64,000 bases of DNA from NCBI GenBank assembly GCA_963739835.1, contig CAVUBW010000016.1, positions 30,285 to 94,284 on the forward strand. Direction: 5' to 3'. This stretch comes from an uncultured Acidimicrobiales bacterium. GTDB taxonomy: Bacteria > Actinomycetota > Acidimicrobiia > Acidimicrobiales > VFJN01. The position numbers and the translations under genes are program-made. Position 1 is the stretch's first letter. Every line of letters starts with the position of its first letter. The notes beneath the pieces are model-generated. The model saw nothing but the letters and a program-made list of their open reading frames with translations, was not told where the DNA came from and did no database searches. Shown piece by piece: positions 32,614 to 42,558 of the stretch.

Positions 32614-35024
32614 ATGAGTGAGCACGATCGCAGCAGGCTCCCGATCCGGCGTGAGACCGTTCGCAGGAGTGGCCAACCGGACGCTCGACGGCTCGCAGCC
32701 GGACTGGAACCTGATCGGGCATCCGACCCCGCCCGACGGCGCGCCGAACGTGCTGCTGGTGCTCATCGACGACGCCGGGTTCGGCAACCCGAGCACCTTC
32801 GGCGGCCCGATCCAGACGCCGAACTACACGCGGATCGCCGAGGGCGGCCTGCGCTACAACCGGTTCCACGTCACCGCGCTGTGCTCGCCCACGCGGGCGG
32901 CGCTGCTGACCGGGCGGAACAACCACGCGGTCGGGTTCGGCTCGGTCGGCGAGTTCGCGGGCGGGTTCCCCGGCTACTCCGCGACCCTGCCGCGGGACTG
33001 CGCGCCGCTGCCTCGGATCCTGCGGGACAACGGCTACAGCACGGCGGCCTTCGGCAAGTGGCACCTGACGCCCGACGGCCAGCAGGGCCCGGCCGGGCCG
33101 TTCGACCGGTGGCCGAACGGGTGGGGCTTCGACTACTTCTACGGGTTCCTCGGCGGCGGCTCGAGCCAGTGGGACCCGTGCCTGGCCGAGAACCAGAAGA
33201 TCATCGGCACTCCCGAGGAGTTCTACGACGAGGAGGATCCGTACTACTTCCCCGACGCGATGGCCGACCGCACCATCGAGTGGCTGCACGGGGTCCGCGC
33301 ACAGGACGCCGACAAGCCGTTCTTCGTCTACTTCTCGACCGGCTGCAGCCACGCCCCGCACCACGTCGCGAAGGAGTGGGCGGACAAGTACAAGGGCAAG
33401 TTCGACCAGGGATGGGACCAGCTCCGCGAGGAGACCTTCGCCCGCCAGAAGGAGCTCGGGGTCATCCCGGCCGACGCCGAGCTGACCCCGCGCGACGAGG
33501 CGTTCCCGGCGTGGGACGACGTGCCCGACAAGCTGAAGCCGTTCTACGCCCGCCAGATGGAGGTCTACGCCGGGTTCTCGGAGAACGCCGACCACAACGT
33601 CGGTCGGGTGATCGACGCGATCGACGAGCTCGGCGAGCTCGACAACACGCTGATCCTCTGGATCTGGGGCGACAACGGCGCCAGCATGGAGGGGACGGTC
33701 ACCGGCTCGTTCAACGAGCTGACGATGCAGAACGGCATCCCGCTCACCGACGAGATGCAGCTCCAGCTCTCCGAGCGCTACGGCGGGCTCGACGCGTGGG
33801 GCGCCTCGATCATGGACCCGCACTACGGGGCGGCGTGGGCGTGGGCGGGGAACACGCCGTTCCAGTGGGGCAAGCAGGTCGGCTCGCACCTCGGCGGGAC
33901 GCGCAACCCGCTGGTCGTGCACTGGCCCGACCGCATCACCGACGCCGGCGGGCTGCGCTCGCCAGTTCACCCACGTCATCGACGTGGCGCCCACGATCCT
34001 CGACATCGCCGGGATCCCCGCGCCCGACACCGTCGACGGGATCGAGCAGGAGCCGATGCACGGGACCTCGTTCGCCGCGTCGCTGACCGACGGCGCCGCG
34101 CCCGAGCACCGCACGCAGCAGTACTTCGAGACCATCGGCAACCGCGCCATGTACAAGGACGGCTGGTGGCTCGCGATGAAGACCGAGCGCATCCCGTGGG
34201 TGCTCACCCCGGACGCGCTCAAGCCCTACGCGCCGGGCGTCTGGGATCCGGACGCCGGCCCGGCCGAGCTGTACTACCTGCCCGACGACTTCACCCAGGC
34301 GAACGACCTGGCGGCCGAGCACCCCGACAAGGTCAAGGAGCTCAAGGAGCTGTTCTGGGAGGAGGCCGAGCGGTACAAGGTGCTGCCGCTGCTCGCGACG
34401 CTGTCGACGTTCTTCGGCATGCTGCCGCCGATCCCGGAGCAGACGACGTTCGAGTTCCGCGGCGACGTGCAGAACGTGATGTCCGGCATGATCCCGAGGA
34501 TCTACAACCGCTCGTACGCGATCACCGCCGACCTGGTCGTTCCCGACGGCGGCGCCGAGGGCGTGATCGTCGCCGAGGCCGACCACCTCGGCGGGTTCAC
34601 CCTCTACGTCAAGGACGGCAAGCTCACCCACACCTACTCGATGATGGGCGTGTTCGTCTTCAAGCAGGTCGCCGAGGAGGACCTCCCGACCGGCGACGTG
34701 ACCGTCCGCATGGAGTTCGAGGCCGACGGGGCCACGCCGGCGACCGGCGGCGAGGTGACGCTGTTCATCGACGACCGACCGGTCGGCAAGGGGCGCATGG
34801 ACCACACCGTGCCGGTCCGGTTCTCCGGCTACGCGGGGATGGACATCGGCCGGGACAACGGTGGCGTCGTCGACCGCAGCTACGAGAGCGAGAAGCCGTT
34901 CGCGTTCACCGGCACGGTCAAGAAGGTGGTGTTCGACATCAAGCCGCACCTCTCGGACCAGGACGAGCTCGACCTCCACGCCGCCGCGCACCACGGGCAG
35001 GCGGCGCACGGCCTGTCGGCATGA
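32614..35024 (+). CDS. Arylsulfatase, Cys-type, AtsA-like (frameshifts near 32655 and 33960)
   Basis: PNVLLVLIDDAG, LCSPTRAALLTG, FGKWHL, HAPHH, GDNG. Confidence 0.92.
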
Positions 35025-35561
35025 CCAGCGACGCGAGGAGCGACCCGATGCCATCGATGACGAGACGACCGACGTCCTGATCGGCGGCTATCTGTCGACC
35101 GACGCCGCGCACGAGGACTACGAGGCGGTCCTGACCTGCGGCGCACGCCTCTGGGGCGCGGTCGTCGTGAGCAAGGACCTCGAGGGCAACCTCTCGGTCG
35201 AGCAGACCGATCACATGGTCGAGGAGGGCGCCGCGGGCCTCGCCTCGGTCGGCTTCGTGGTCGGTCTGTTCGCGCCGCCACTGCTCGCCGCGACCGCGAT
35301 CGGGGCGGCCCTCGGCGCCGTCGGCGGCAAGGCGCTGCACAAGAAGACCGGCAGCAAGATCGAGGAGACGGCCGGCGAGACGATCCCGATCGGCGGCGCC
35401 GGCCTGATCGTCGCCTACCCGCACGCGGCCGCCGAGACGGTCGAGCCGGCCGTCACCCGGGCGATCAGCAAGGTGGTCGGCGAGGCCGAGGGCACCACGT
35501 GAAGGCGCTCAAGGGCGCGCTCGCCGACGCCCAGAAGAAGATGGCCGAAGACCGCACCTAG
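35021..35561 (+). CDS. DUF1269-like membrane protein (frameshifted)
   Basis: AVVVSKDLEG...GFVVGLFAPPLLAATAIGAALGAVGG; ATGA overlap with the sulfatase stop. Confidence 0.7.
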
Positions 35562-35599
35562 CGGTCTTCGGCTCGATCACCGACGACGCCACGAGACAC

Positions 35600-37327
35600 A
35601 TGACCGGCACCACCGTGTCCGCCGGACAGCCGACCAAGCGCGCCGGGCTGGGCCGGTACCTTCCGATCGTCGGTTGGCTGCCGGCGTATCGCCGGGACTC
35701 GTTTGCGCCTGATGCGGTCGCCGCGCTGTCGGTCTGGGCCCTGCTGGTGCCGCAGTCGCTCGGCTACGCGACGCTCGCGGGCGTTCCGGTGCAGTATGGG
35801 CTCTACGCCGCGTTCACGGGACTCGTGGCGTACGCGATCTTCGGCACCTCACGGCAGGTGGTCCAGGGGCCGAGCGGGGCGGTGGCTGCGGTGTCGGCGG
35901 CGGTCGTCGGACCGATCGTCGGCGCGTCCGCCTTGGGGACGGACAAGGCCGTGGGCTACACGGCCGCCCTGGCATTGATGGCCGGCGCCGTGTACCTCGC
36001 GCTGGGCCTGCTGCGGATGGGCTGGGTGTCGAACTTCCTGTCCAAGGCCGTGCTGGGCGGGTTCGTGCTCGGCTTCTCCGTCGGCATCATCATCGACCAG
36101 TCGCAGAAGTTGCTCGGGATCCCGGCGGTGTCGGGGACCTATGTCGAGGAGCTGATCAAGACGATCGAGGAGATCCCCGACACCAACCTGTGGACCCTTG
36201 GCGTCGGTGCGACGTCGTTGATCGCGCTGCTGCTCATGCGCCGCTACCTCCCGAGGTGGCCCCGTGCGCTGATCGTCGTGGCGCTGTCGATCGCGGCGGT
36301 GAGCCTGTTCGACCTGACCGACCACGACGTGGCGGTGACCGGCGATGTGCCGACCGGCCTGTTCTCCGTGCAGCTTCCGGGCGTCGGATGGAGCCAGTGG
36401 GCCGCCCTGCTCGCCGGTGCGCTGTCGATCGTGTTCGTCGGGTACTCCGAGTCCCTGGCGTCGGCGCGCGGGATGGCCGTCAAGCACCGCTACGAGATCG
36501 ACGCCGACCAGGAGCTGATCGCGCAGGGCGCGGCGTGCGGCGCGGCCGGCTTCGTCGGCGCGTTCGCTACCGACGGCAGCCTCTCCAAGACGTCGGTGGC
36601 CGACGCCGCCGGTCAACGTACGCAGATGGCGTCCCTGATCAACGCCGTGTTCATCCTGTTGACCATGCTGTTCCTGGCGGCGTTGTTCGAGAACCTCCCG
36701 GCAGCGACGCTCGGCGCCGTGGTGATCGACGCGATGCTCGGCGTGGTCGATCTCGGCCCGATACGGCGCTACTTCCGGGTGAACCGCGCCGATTGGGTCT
36801 TCTCCATGGGCGCCATGCTCGGGATCCTGTTCTTCGGCATCATCCAGGGGATCCTGATCGGCGTCGTCTTGTCGCTGCTCCTGCTCATCGCCCGGTCGTC
36901 GAACCCGGCGGTGCGCCGTCTCGGCAGAGACCCGACGTCGGGCGCGTTCGTCGACCTGACGCGGGTCGAGGAGGCCGAGGCGATCCCGGGCGTGCTCGTG
37001 CTCCGGCTGGACGGGCCGCTGTTCTTCGCCGATGCCAACCGGTTCCGCGACACGCTCAAGGAGCTGATCGAGGGCGCAGCGGAACCGGTCCGGGCGGTCG
37101 TGATGGACGCCGATGCGATCTCGCTGACCGACACCGATGGCGCCGACATGGTGGCCCAGCTCGCGGGGGAGCTGCGATCGCAGGATGTCTGGCTGGCGCT
37201 GGCCCGCGTGGAGCCGGAGACCCTGGAGCTTTGGGCCCGGGCGGGCGCGATCGACGCCGTCGGCCAGGACCGGGTGTTCGACACGGTTCGACAGGCCGTC
37301 GCAGCCGTAACAGGAGGGATGCCATGA
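35600..37327 (+). CDS. SulP family anion transporter with STAS domain
   Basis: VPQSLGYATLAG, GLYAA, GSLSKT, LDGPLFFADA. Confidence 0.93.
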   Translation: MTGTTVSAGQPTKRAGLGRYLPIVGWLPAYRRDSFAPDAVAALSVWALLVPQSLGYATLAGVPVQYGLYAAFTGLVAYAIFGTSRQVVQGPSGAVAAVSAAVVGPIVGASALGTDKAVGYTAALALMAGAVYLALGLLRMGWVSNFLSKAVLGGFVLGFSVGIIIDQSQKLLGIPAVSGTYVEELIKTIEEIPDTNLWTLGVGATSLIALLLMRRYLPRWPRALIVVALSIAAVSLFDLTDHDVAVTGDVPTGLFSVQLPGVGWSQWAALLAGALSIVFVGYSESLASARGMAVKHRYEIDADQELIAQGAACGAAGFVGAFATDGSLSKTSVADAAGQRTQMASLINAVFILLTMLFLAALFENLPAATLGAVVIDAMLGVVDLGPIRRYFRVNRADWVFSMGAMLGILFFGIIQGILIGVVLSLLLLIARSSNPAVRRLGRDPTSGAFVDLTRVEEAEAIPGVLVLRLDGPLFFADANRFRDTLKELIEGAAEPVRAVVMDADAISLTDTDGADMVAQLAGELRSQDVWLALARVEPETLELWARAGAIDAVGQDRVFDTVRQAVAAVTGGMP

Positions 37328-38751
37328 GCAAGATCGTGCACCTCGACATCGAGGAACGTAAGGCTCGCGGGAAGGCCGCGCGCGAGCGGACCGCTCCCTC
37401 CGGCCATGGCGGGTGGGTGCCGGCCGCTGGGCGCCCCGATCCGGTCGGGTTGCTCGAGGAGCAGAACGCCACCCGCGAGCCGGACCTGGTGCCCGTCCGC
37501 CATGGGCGGATGATGGTGTCCCCGTTCACGTTCTACAGAGGGGCCGCGAAGATCATGGCCGCGGATCTGCGGGACACGCCGACGGCGGGTCTGAACGTCC
37601 AGCTCTGTGGTGACGCCCACCTCTCGAACTTCGGTGCGTACGCGTCGCCGGAGCGAACGCTGCTGTTCGACCTCAACGACTTCGACGAGACGCTTCCCGG
37701 GCCCTTCGAGTATGACGTGAAACGCATGGCGGCGAGCTTCACGATCGCGGCCCGCAACAACGGCTTCGCCGACCCCGACGTGCGTGCCGCGACCCTCGCC
37801 TCGGTGAAGGCCTATCGGGAGGCAATGGCCGAGTTCGCGGAGATGCGGACGCTGGACATCTGGTACGCACGGCTGTCGGAACAAGACCTCATGCAACAGA
37901 TCGACATTGCTACCCGCGCCATCAAACGCCATGACAAGAAGGTAGGGACGACCGCAAGGAAGACCGCCAAGAAGACCGCGCTGAAGGCTCATAGCCACGA
38001 CAGCGTGCAGGCACTGTCGAAACTCGCGGAAGAGGTCGACGGTCGGTACCGGATCGTCAGCCAGCCGCCGATCGTCGTCCCACTGCGTGACCTGGCCGGG
38101 ACCGTCGGTCTCTCGGTCGACGAGATGGAGCACGCCATCCATGAGCAGTTCCGCGCCTACCGGGCCACGTTGCAGGATGATCGGCGGCACCTGCTGGAAC
38201 GCTTCGAGGTCGTCGACATGGCCCGGAAGGTCGTCGGCGTCGGCAGCGTCGGCGCGCGCGCCTTCATCGTGTTGCTCCAGGGTCGCGATCAGCAGGACCC
38301 GCTGTTCCTGCAGGTCAAGGAGGCAACCGCGTCGGTCCTGGAGGATCACCTGCCGAAGAGCCGGTTTCGACAGCCGGGTGAGCGAGTGGTGCAGGGACAG
38401 CGCATGATGCAGGCCGCGAGCGACATCTTCCTGGGATGGACGAAAGGTGTGCAGGCCGACCGTTACCTGTATTGGCGGCAGCTGCGCGACATGAAGGGCT
38501 CGGCCCTGATCGAGGCGATGCCCCCGGCGGCACTCGCGTTCTACGCGCGCGTCTGCGGTTGGACGCTGGCACGGGCGCACGCCCGATCGGGCGACGCCGT
38601 CTCGCTCGCCGCCTACCTGGGTGCGAAGGGCCGGTTCGACGACTCGGTTGCGGACTTCTCCCAACGCTACGCAGACCAGAACGCGCAGGACTATCAGGCG
38701 TTCACCGAGGCGATCCGATCCGGCCGGCTCGAGGCAGTCGAGGGTGTGTGA
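37324..38751 (+). CDS. DUF2252 family protein (kinase-like)
   Basis: RHGRMMVSPFTFYRG, CGDAHLSNFG, FDLNDFDE, KVVGVGSVG, RQLRDMKGS, LARAHARSG. Confidence 0.92.
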   Translation: MSKIVHLDIEERKARGKAARERTAPSGHGGWVPAAGRPDPVGLLEEQNATREPDLVPVRHGRMMVSPFTFYRGAAKIMAADLRDTPTAGLNVQLCGDAHLSNFGAYASPERTLLFDLNDFDETLPGPFEYDVKRMAASFTIAARNNGFADPDVRAATLASVKAYREAMAEFAEMRTLDIWYARLSEQDLMQQIDIATRAIKRHDKKVGTTARKTAKKTALKAHSHDSVQALSKLAEEVDGRYRIVSQPPIVVPLRDLAGTVGLSVDEMEHAIHEQFRAYRATLQDDRRHLLERFEVVDMARKVVGVGSVGARAFIVLLQGRDQQDPLFLQVKEATASVLEDHLPKSRFRQPGERVVQGQRMMQAASDIFLGWTKGVQADRYLYWRQLRDMKGSALIEAMPPAALAFYARVCGWTLARAHARSGDAVSLAAYLGAKGRFDDSVADFSQRYADQNAQDYQAFTEAIRSGRLEAVEGV

Positions 38752-38756
38752 CGCCT

Positions 38757-39755
38757 CTATGCACGTGCGGAGGCCCGCATGATGCAACGGAAGCCCAGAT
38801 GCGACGTCGACGTGTCGATCGTCTGGGGCATCCGAGCGGCCGGCCTGTAGCGCCGGCAGTAGTTCTCGGCACACAGGTGCGAGCCGCCCTTGATCACCCT
38901 GCGGGCCAGCTGCACGGGCTCGGCGGCGAGCTGCGGGTCGTAGCTGCCCTCGGCGTCACCGCCGTGCGGGTCGGTCACGGTGCAGCACGCATGTGCGCCG
39001 GCGGCATGGTCGCCGTACCAGTCGGCCGTCCATTCCCAGACGTTGCCGGTCATCTCGAACAGCCCGAAGCCGTTGGGTGGGAACGAACGGACGGGCGCCG
39101 TGTACTCGTGACCGTCGAGGCCGAGGTTCTCGACGGGGAACTCGCCCTGCCACGTGTTGGCCATGAACCGCCCGTCCGGTGTGAGCTCGTCGCCCCAGGC
39201 GAACTCCGCGCCCTCGAGACCGCCTCGCGCCGCCCGCTCCCATTCGGCCTCGGTCGGCAGCTCCTTGCCGGCCCAGCGAGCGTACGCGTCGACGTCCTCC
39301 CACGCGACATGGACAACCGGGTGCTGCCCACGGCCCTTGAGCGACGACTGGGGGCCGCGGGGGTGACGCCAATTGGCGCCAGGGACCCAGAACCACCAGT
39401 TGGTGTGGTCGCGCATGTCCACCGGGTGGCTGGGTCGACGGAAGACGCTTGAGCCAGCGACCATCAGGCTGGGCTCGGCGTCGCGGTAGCAGGCCGGGTC
39501 GGGCGCCCGTTCGGCCAGGGTGACGTGACCCGTGGCGTCGACGAAGCGGCGGAACTCGGCGTTCGTGACCGCGGTGCGGTCCATCCAGAAACCGTCGATC
39601 TCGACCCCGTGCGCGGGTGCTTCCTCCGGGTAGTGGTCGTCGGAGCCCATCACGAACGTGCCGCCCGGGACCCACACCATGCCGTCCGCAGGCGCCCGAC
39701 CGGGCGCGGGGTCCGCAGACCCGCCCGTGGCTGTTGTCCCGACCGACGTGTCCAT
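38757..39755 (-). CDS. Formylglycine-generating enzyme (sulfatase maturase)
   Basis: LPTEAEWE, NTWQG, GNVWEW, KGGSHLCAENYCRRYRPAAR, HLGFRC. Confidence 0.92.
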   Translation of the reverse strand: MDTSVGTTATGGSADPAPGRAPADGMVWVPGGTFVMGSDDHYPEEAPAHGVEIDGFWMDRTAVTNAEFRRFVDATGHVTLAERAPDPACYRDAEPSLMVAGSSVFRRPSHPVDMRDHTNWWFWVPGANWRHPRGPQSSLKGRGQHPVVHVAWEDVDAYARWAGKELPTEAEWERAARGGLEGAEFAWGDELTPDGRFMANTWQGEFPVENLGLDGHEYTAPVRSFPPNGFGLFEMTGNVWEWTADWYGDHAAGAHACCTVTDPHGGDAEGSYDPQLAAEPVQLARRVIKGGSHLCAENYCRRYRPAARMPQTIDTSTSHLGFRCIMRASARA

Positions 39756-39790
39756 CGGTCGTCAGCTTCCCGACCCTGCCGGCGGTGTCC

Positions 39791-39807
39791 TCATTCGAAC
39801 GGGATGA
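39791..39807. promoter_or_regulatory. TCATCC-N5-GGATGA palindrome
   Basis: TCATTC-GAACG-GGATGA upstream of FGE. Confidence 0.6.
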
Positions 39808-39808
39808 T

Positions 39809-39970
39809 TCAGCGGCGAACCTGGCGACGGTCGCGACGGTCATCGCGGCGATCATGGCGGCGATTCACGCCGTGCGACACGACGGCGGCGGTGCCGACCA
39901 CCGCTGCCGTCCTCGCCACCGGGGCACCGATGACACCGCGCCGTGCAGCTCGAGCCGGTCGGAGGGGCAT
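39809..39970 (-). CDS. 53-aa Arg/Asp-rich peptide (below ORF-track cutoff)
   Basis: MPLRPARAARRGVIGAPVARTAAVVGTAAVVSHGVNRRHDRRDDRRDRRQVRR; AAGGAG RBS; starts 1 nt after the DUF6325 stop. Confidence 0.7.
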   Translation of the reverse strand: MPLRPARAARRGVIGAPVARTAAVVGTAAVVSHGVNRRHDRRDDRRDRRQVRR

Positions 39971-39971
39971 G

Positions 39972-40433
39972 TCAGTCTCCTTCGCTAGCGGCGTTCTCGG
40001 CCTCGATGGAGGCGGCGATCGCCTGGATGGGGATCCTGCCGGTGGCGATCAGCTGGCCGCCGGCCCGGCGGGTTGCCGACGCGAACGGGGCGGCCCAGGA
40101 GTTCTCCCAGACCAGGACGCCGGCGGTGCTGCCGTTCTCCATCGCCTCCGCAAGATGAACGACGTCCTCGGCGGCGAGGATCTCAGCGATCTCGGTCTCC
40201 AGGCCGATCAGCGCGCCCGCCTCGTCCTCGTCGAGGTCGTCGATCTCGAACGCCTCGACGGTGCCGTCCTCGGCCTTGTTCAGGATCAGCAGGTCGAGCA
40301 CACGAATCGTGCCGGACTCGGTCAGTGAAGCGAGCTCGGCGGCCATCTCGCCCGAGAAGTTGCTCTTGCCGGCAGGAAATTCCACGACGAGGTAGTCAAC
40401 CGGACCCAGTTCGTCGATCTCCGTCGCACCCAT
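39972..40433 (-). CDS. DUF6325 family protein
   Basis: LGPVDYLVVEFP, GTIRVLDL, VLVWENSWAAPF, GRIP. Confidence 0.88.
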   Translation of the reverse strand: MGATEIDELGPVDYLVVEFPAGKSNFSGEMAAELASLTESGTIRVLDLLILNKAEDGTVEAFEIDDLDEDEAGALIGLETEIAEILAAEDVVHLAEAMENGSTAGVLVWENSWAAPFASATRRAGGQLIATGRIPIQAIAASIEAENAASEGD

Positions 40434-40519
40434 AGGAAACTCCTATCTCGCGGTAGTGCCCGGTCGAGGTCGCACAGCCGGACAGTGATGCACTCTCCCG
40501 CTGGGTAGGACGTCTGTCG

Positions 40520-40536
40520 TCATCCGTTCCGGATGA
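40520..40536. promoter_or_regulatory. TCATCC-N5-GGATGA palindrome
   Basis: Perfect TCATCC-GTTCC-GGATGA, about 87 bp upstream of DUF6325. Confidence 0.7.
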
Positions 40537-40709
40537 GCGGCTTCGTCACTGCCGACGGGACCACCGGGCGCTGCGACGGGCTGACGGTGCACCGAGCCAC
40601 CTCGTCGCCCTGGTCCTCGTCGCCGCCGGCGACGGCCAGGCTCTCCGTGATCATCCGGGCCAGCCGGACCTCTTGTTTGGGTAACTGGCTTTGGCGAAAC
40701 TCGCGGTTC

Positions 40710-41114
40710 ATGAGCGACGACAAGTCCGCTGCGACGGTGCGGTGGGTCGGGTTGGCGATCGACTGCGCGGAGGCGCCGCCGATGGCGCGCTTCTACGAGA
40801 AGTTGCTCGGCTTCAAGGTTCGCGAGGTGGGTCCGTACTGGGCGCAACTGTGGGACCCCGCGGGCGGCGTCCACCTCAACATCCAAGGCGGGAAGGGCTA
40901 CGTGCCACCCACGTGGCCCGAGAAGCCCGAGCAGCAGGCGAAGATGATGCACTTCGAGGTACAGGTCGACGACCTGGAGGTCGCCGTGGCGCGTGCAATC
41001 GAGGCGGGAGGCACCGAAGCACCATGGCAACCGCCCGACCGCAACCCCGAGCGCCTGCGCATCATGCTCGACCCAGCCGGCCATCCACTCTGCTTGTTCT
41101 TGCGCGGCGAGTAG
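40710..41114 (+). CDS. VOC/glyoxalase family protein
   Basis: AIDCAEAPPMARFYEKLLG, MMHFEVQVDDLE, LDPAGHPLC. Confidence 0.88.
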   Translation: MSDDKSAATVRWVGLAIDCAEAPPMARFYEKLLGFKVREVGPYWAQLWDPAGGVHLNIQGGKGYVPPTWPEKPEQQAKMMHFEVQVDDLEVAVARAIEAGGTEAPWQPPDRNPERLRIMLDPAGHPLCLFLRGE

Positions 41115-41215
41115 CCACCGCGGGCCCTCTACTGCGCCAGTCGATCTCCAAGGCGCTCTTGGTGGTGCTGCTGGGGCTCCAGATCGTCCATTGCGCCTGG
41201 CACCCGGCGATCGCA

Positions 41216-41229
41216 GGGCCGAAGGTCCC
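41216..41229. promoter_or_regulatory. DosR-like box
   Basis: GGGCC-GAAG-GTCCC versus the mycobacterial DosR core GGGAC-TWWA-GTCCC; weaker copy at 41248-41261. Confidence 0.5.
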
Positions 41230-41318
41230 GGTGGGACCGGTCTGAGTGGCCCTGACGGCCCGCTCGGGGACAGCGCAGGCTTCACCCAGGTGACCACACG
41301 GTCGAGAGGAGGTCCGCC

Positions 41319-41726
41319 ATGGACGACTGGCACGAGGGTGTCGTTCTCCTGGACGTCCCGCCCGGCGCCGCCGGCGAGTTCGACCGAGCGATGCTCGAGC
41401 GGATGGGCCATCCGGTGGTCGTGTGCCCCGGCCCCGAGTCGGGAGCGCTCTGCCCCCTGCTGAGCGGGGAGGGCTGCCCGATGTTCGAGCAGGCGCACGG
41501 CATCGTGTTCAAGCTCGATCTCGGCGTGGAGCAGCACCGGGCGATCCTGCGCCGCTACCGGGAGCTCGGCCGGTCGGAGATGCCGATCCGGGCCATGGTG
41601 TCGGCCGCGGACGCCGAGCGCTACGCGGAGCTGCTGCGCGACATCGAGCTCTGGCCACATGAGCCGTCTGTCGCCGAGCTCGACGGGTTCGCCGCCGAGG
41701 TCGAGGCGGCCGACCGACCCACGTGA
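41319..41726 (+). CDS. Hypothetical protein with a three-Cys motif
   Basis: GAGGAGG RBS; [22 protein letters not shown]. Confidence 0.7.
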   Translation: MDDWHEGVVLLDVPPGAAGEFDRAMLERMGHPVVVCPGPESGALCPLLSGEGCPMFEQAHGIVFKLDLGVEQHRAILRRYRELGRSEMPIRAMVSAADAERYAELLRDIELWPHEPSVAELDGFAAEVEAADRPT

Positions 41727-42532
41727 GCGTCCGAGGTGTCTTCGCCGTGCGGCACGACACCGTCTCGCCCCCGGGGCGCCACGCCGCTCGGGCCCGCCCG
41801 GTCGAAGACGAGCACACGCCGGACGCTATCCGGGCTCGTCTCGCCCAGGGCCCCGATCGCAGCGCGTTGCGCGACGTCGTCTACGGGGCCATCGATGGCG
41901 TCGTCACGACCTTCGCCGTCGTCGCGGGCGTCGCCGGCGCCGGTCTCGCCGCTCGGGTCGTCCTGATCCTCGGGGTCGCCAACCTGGCCGCCGACGGGTT
42001 CAGCATGGCCGTGAGCAACTTCCTGGGTGCGCGGTCCGAGGGCCAGCGCCGCGAGCGCATCCGCCGGCAGGAGGAGCAGCACATCGCGGTCGTCCCGGCG
42101 GGCGAGCGCGAGGAGGTGCGCCAACTGCTGGCCCGCTGGGACCTCGACGACGAGTCGCTCGACGCGGCGACCGACGCCATCACCCGCGACCCGGACCGCT
42201 GGGTCGGCTTCATGCTCCAGCTCGAGCACGGCCTGCCGGGATCATCGACCAGCCCCCTGCGGGCGGCCGTGGCGACGTTCGCCGCGTTCGTCGCCGTCGG
42301 GTCCGTGCCCCTTGCCCCGTTCGTGCTCGACGCGCTCGCCGATGCGGGCATCGCGTCGCCGTTCGCGTGGAGCGCTGCGCTGACCGCGGTCGCGTTCTTC
42401 GCCGTGGGGGTCGGCAAGGCGATGGTCGTCGCCCAGAGCCGGTGGCGCTCGGGGCTCGAGACGGTCCTGGTGGGCGGTACGGCGGCCGCGCTCGCGTACG
42501 CGGTCGGACTCGGCCTCGGGGGGCTCGCCTGA
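41723..42532 (+). CDS. VIT1/CCC1 family Fe/Mn transporter
   Basis: [32 protein letters not shown]. Confidence 0.92.
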   Translation: MSVRGVFAVRHDTVSPPGRHAARARPVEDEHTPDAIRARLAQGPDRSALRDVVYGAIDGVVTTFAVVAGVAGAGLAARVVLILGVANLAADGFSMAVSNFLGARSEGQRRERIRRQEEQHIAVVPAGEREEVRQLLARWDLDDESLDAATDAITRDPDRWVGFMLQLEHGLPGSSTSPLRAAVATFAAFVAVGSVPLAPFVLDALADAGIASPFAWSAALTAVAFFAVGVGKAMVVAQSRWRSGLETVLVGGTAAALAYAVGLGLGGLA

Positions 42533-42558
42533 CCGGCGCGCTGTGGGAGGATGCGCGG

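Noticed and set aside
31085-34222. Long antisense ORFs (also 6051-8633, 36769-38874, 44855-46897, 50211-52109)
   Set aside because: Shadow frames of real genes with no recognisable motifs, expected at this GC content
16000-40600. The regulon block as an integrative mobile element
   Set aside because: No integrase, transposase, tRNA target or terminal repeats are visible
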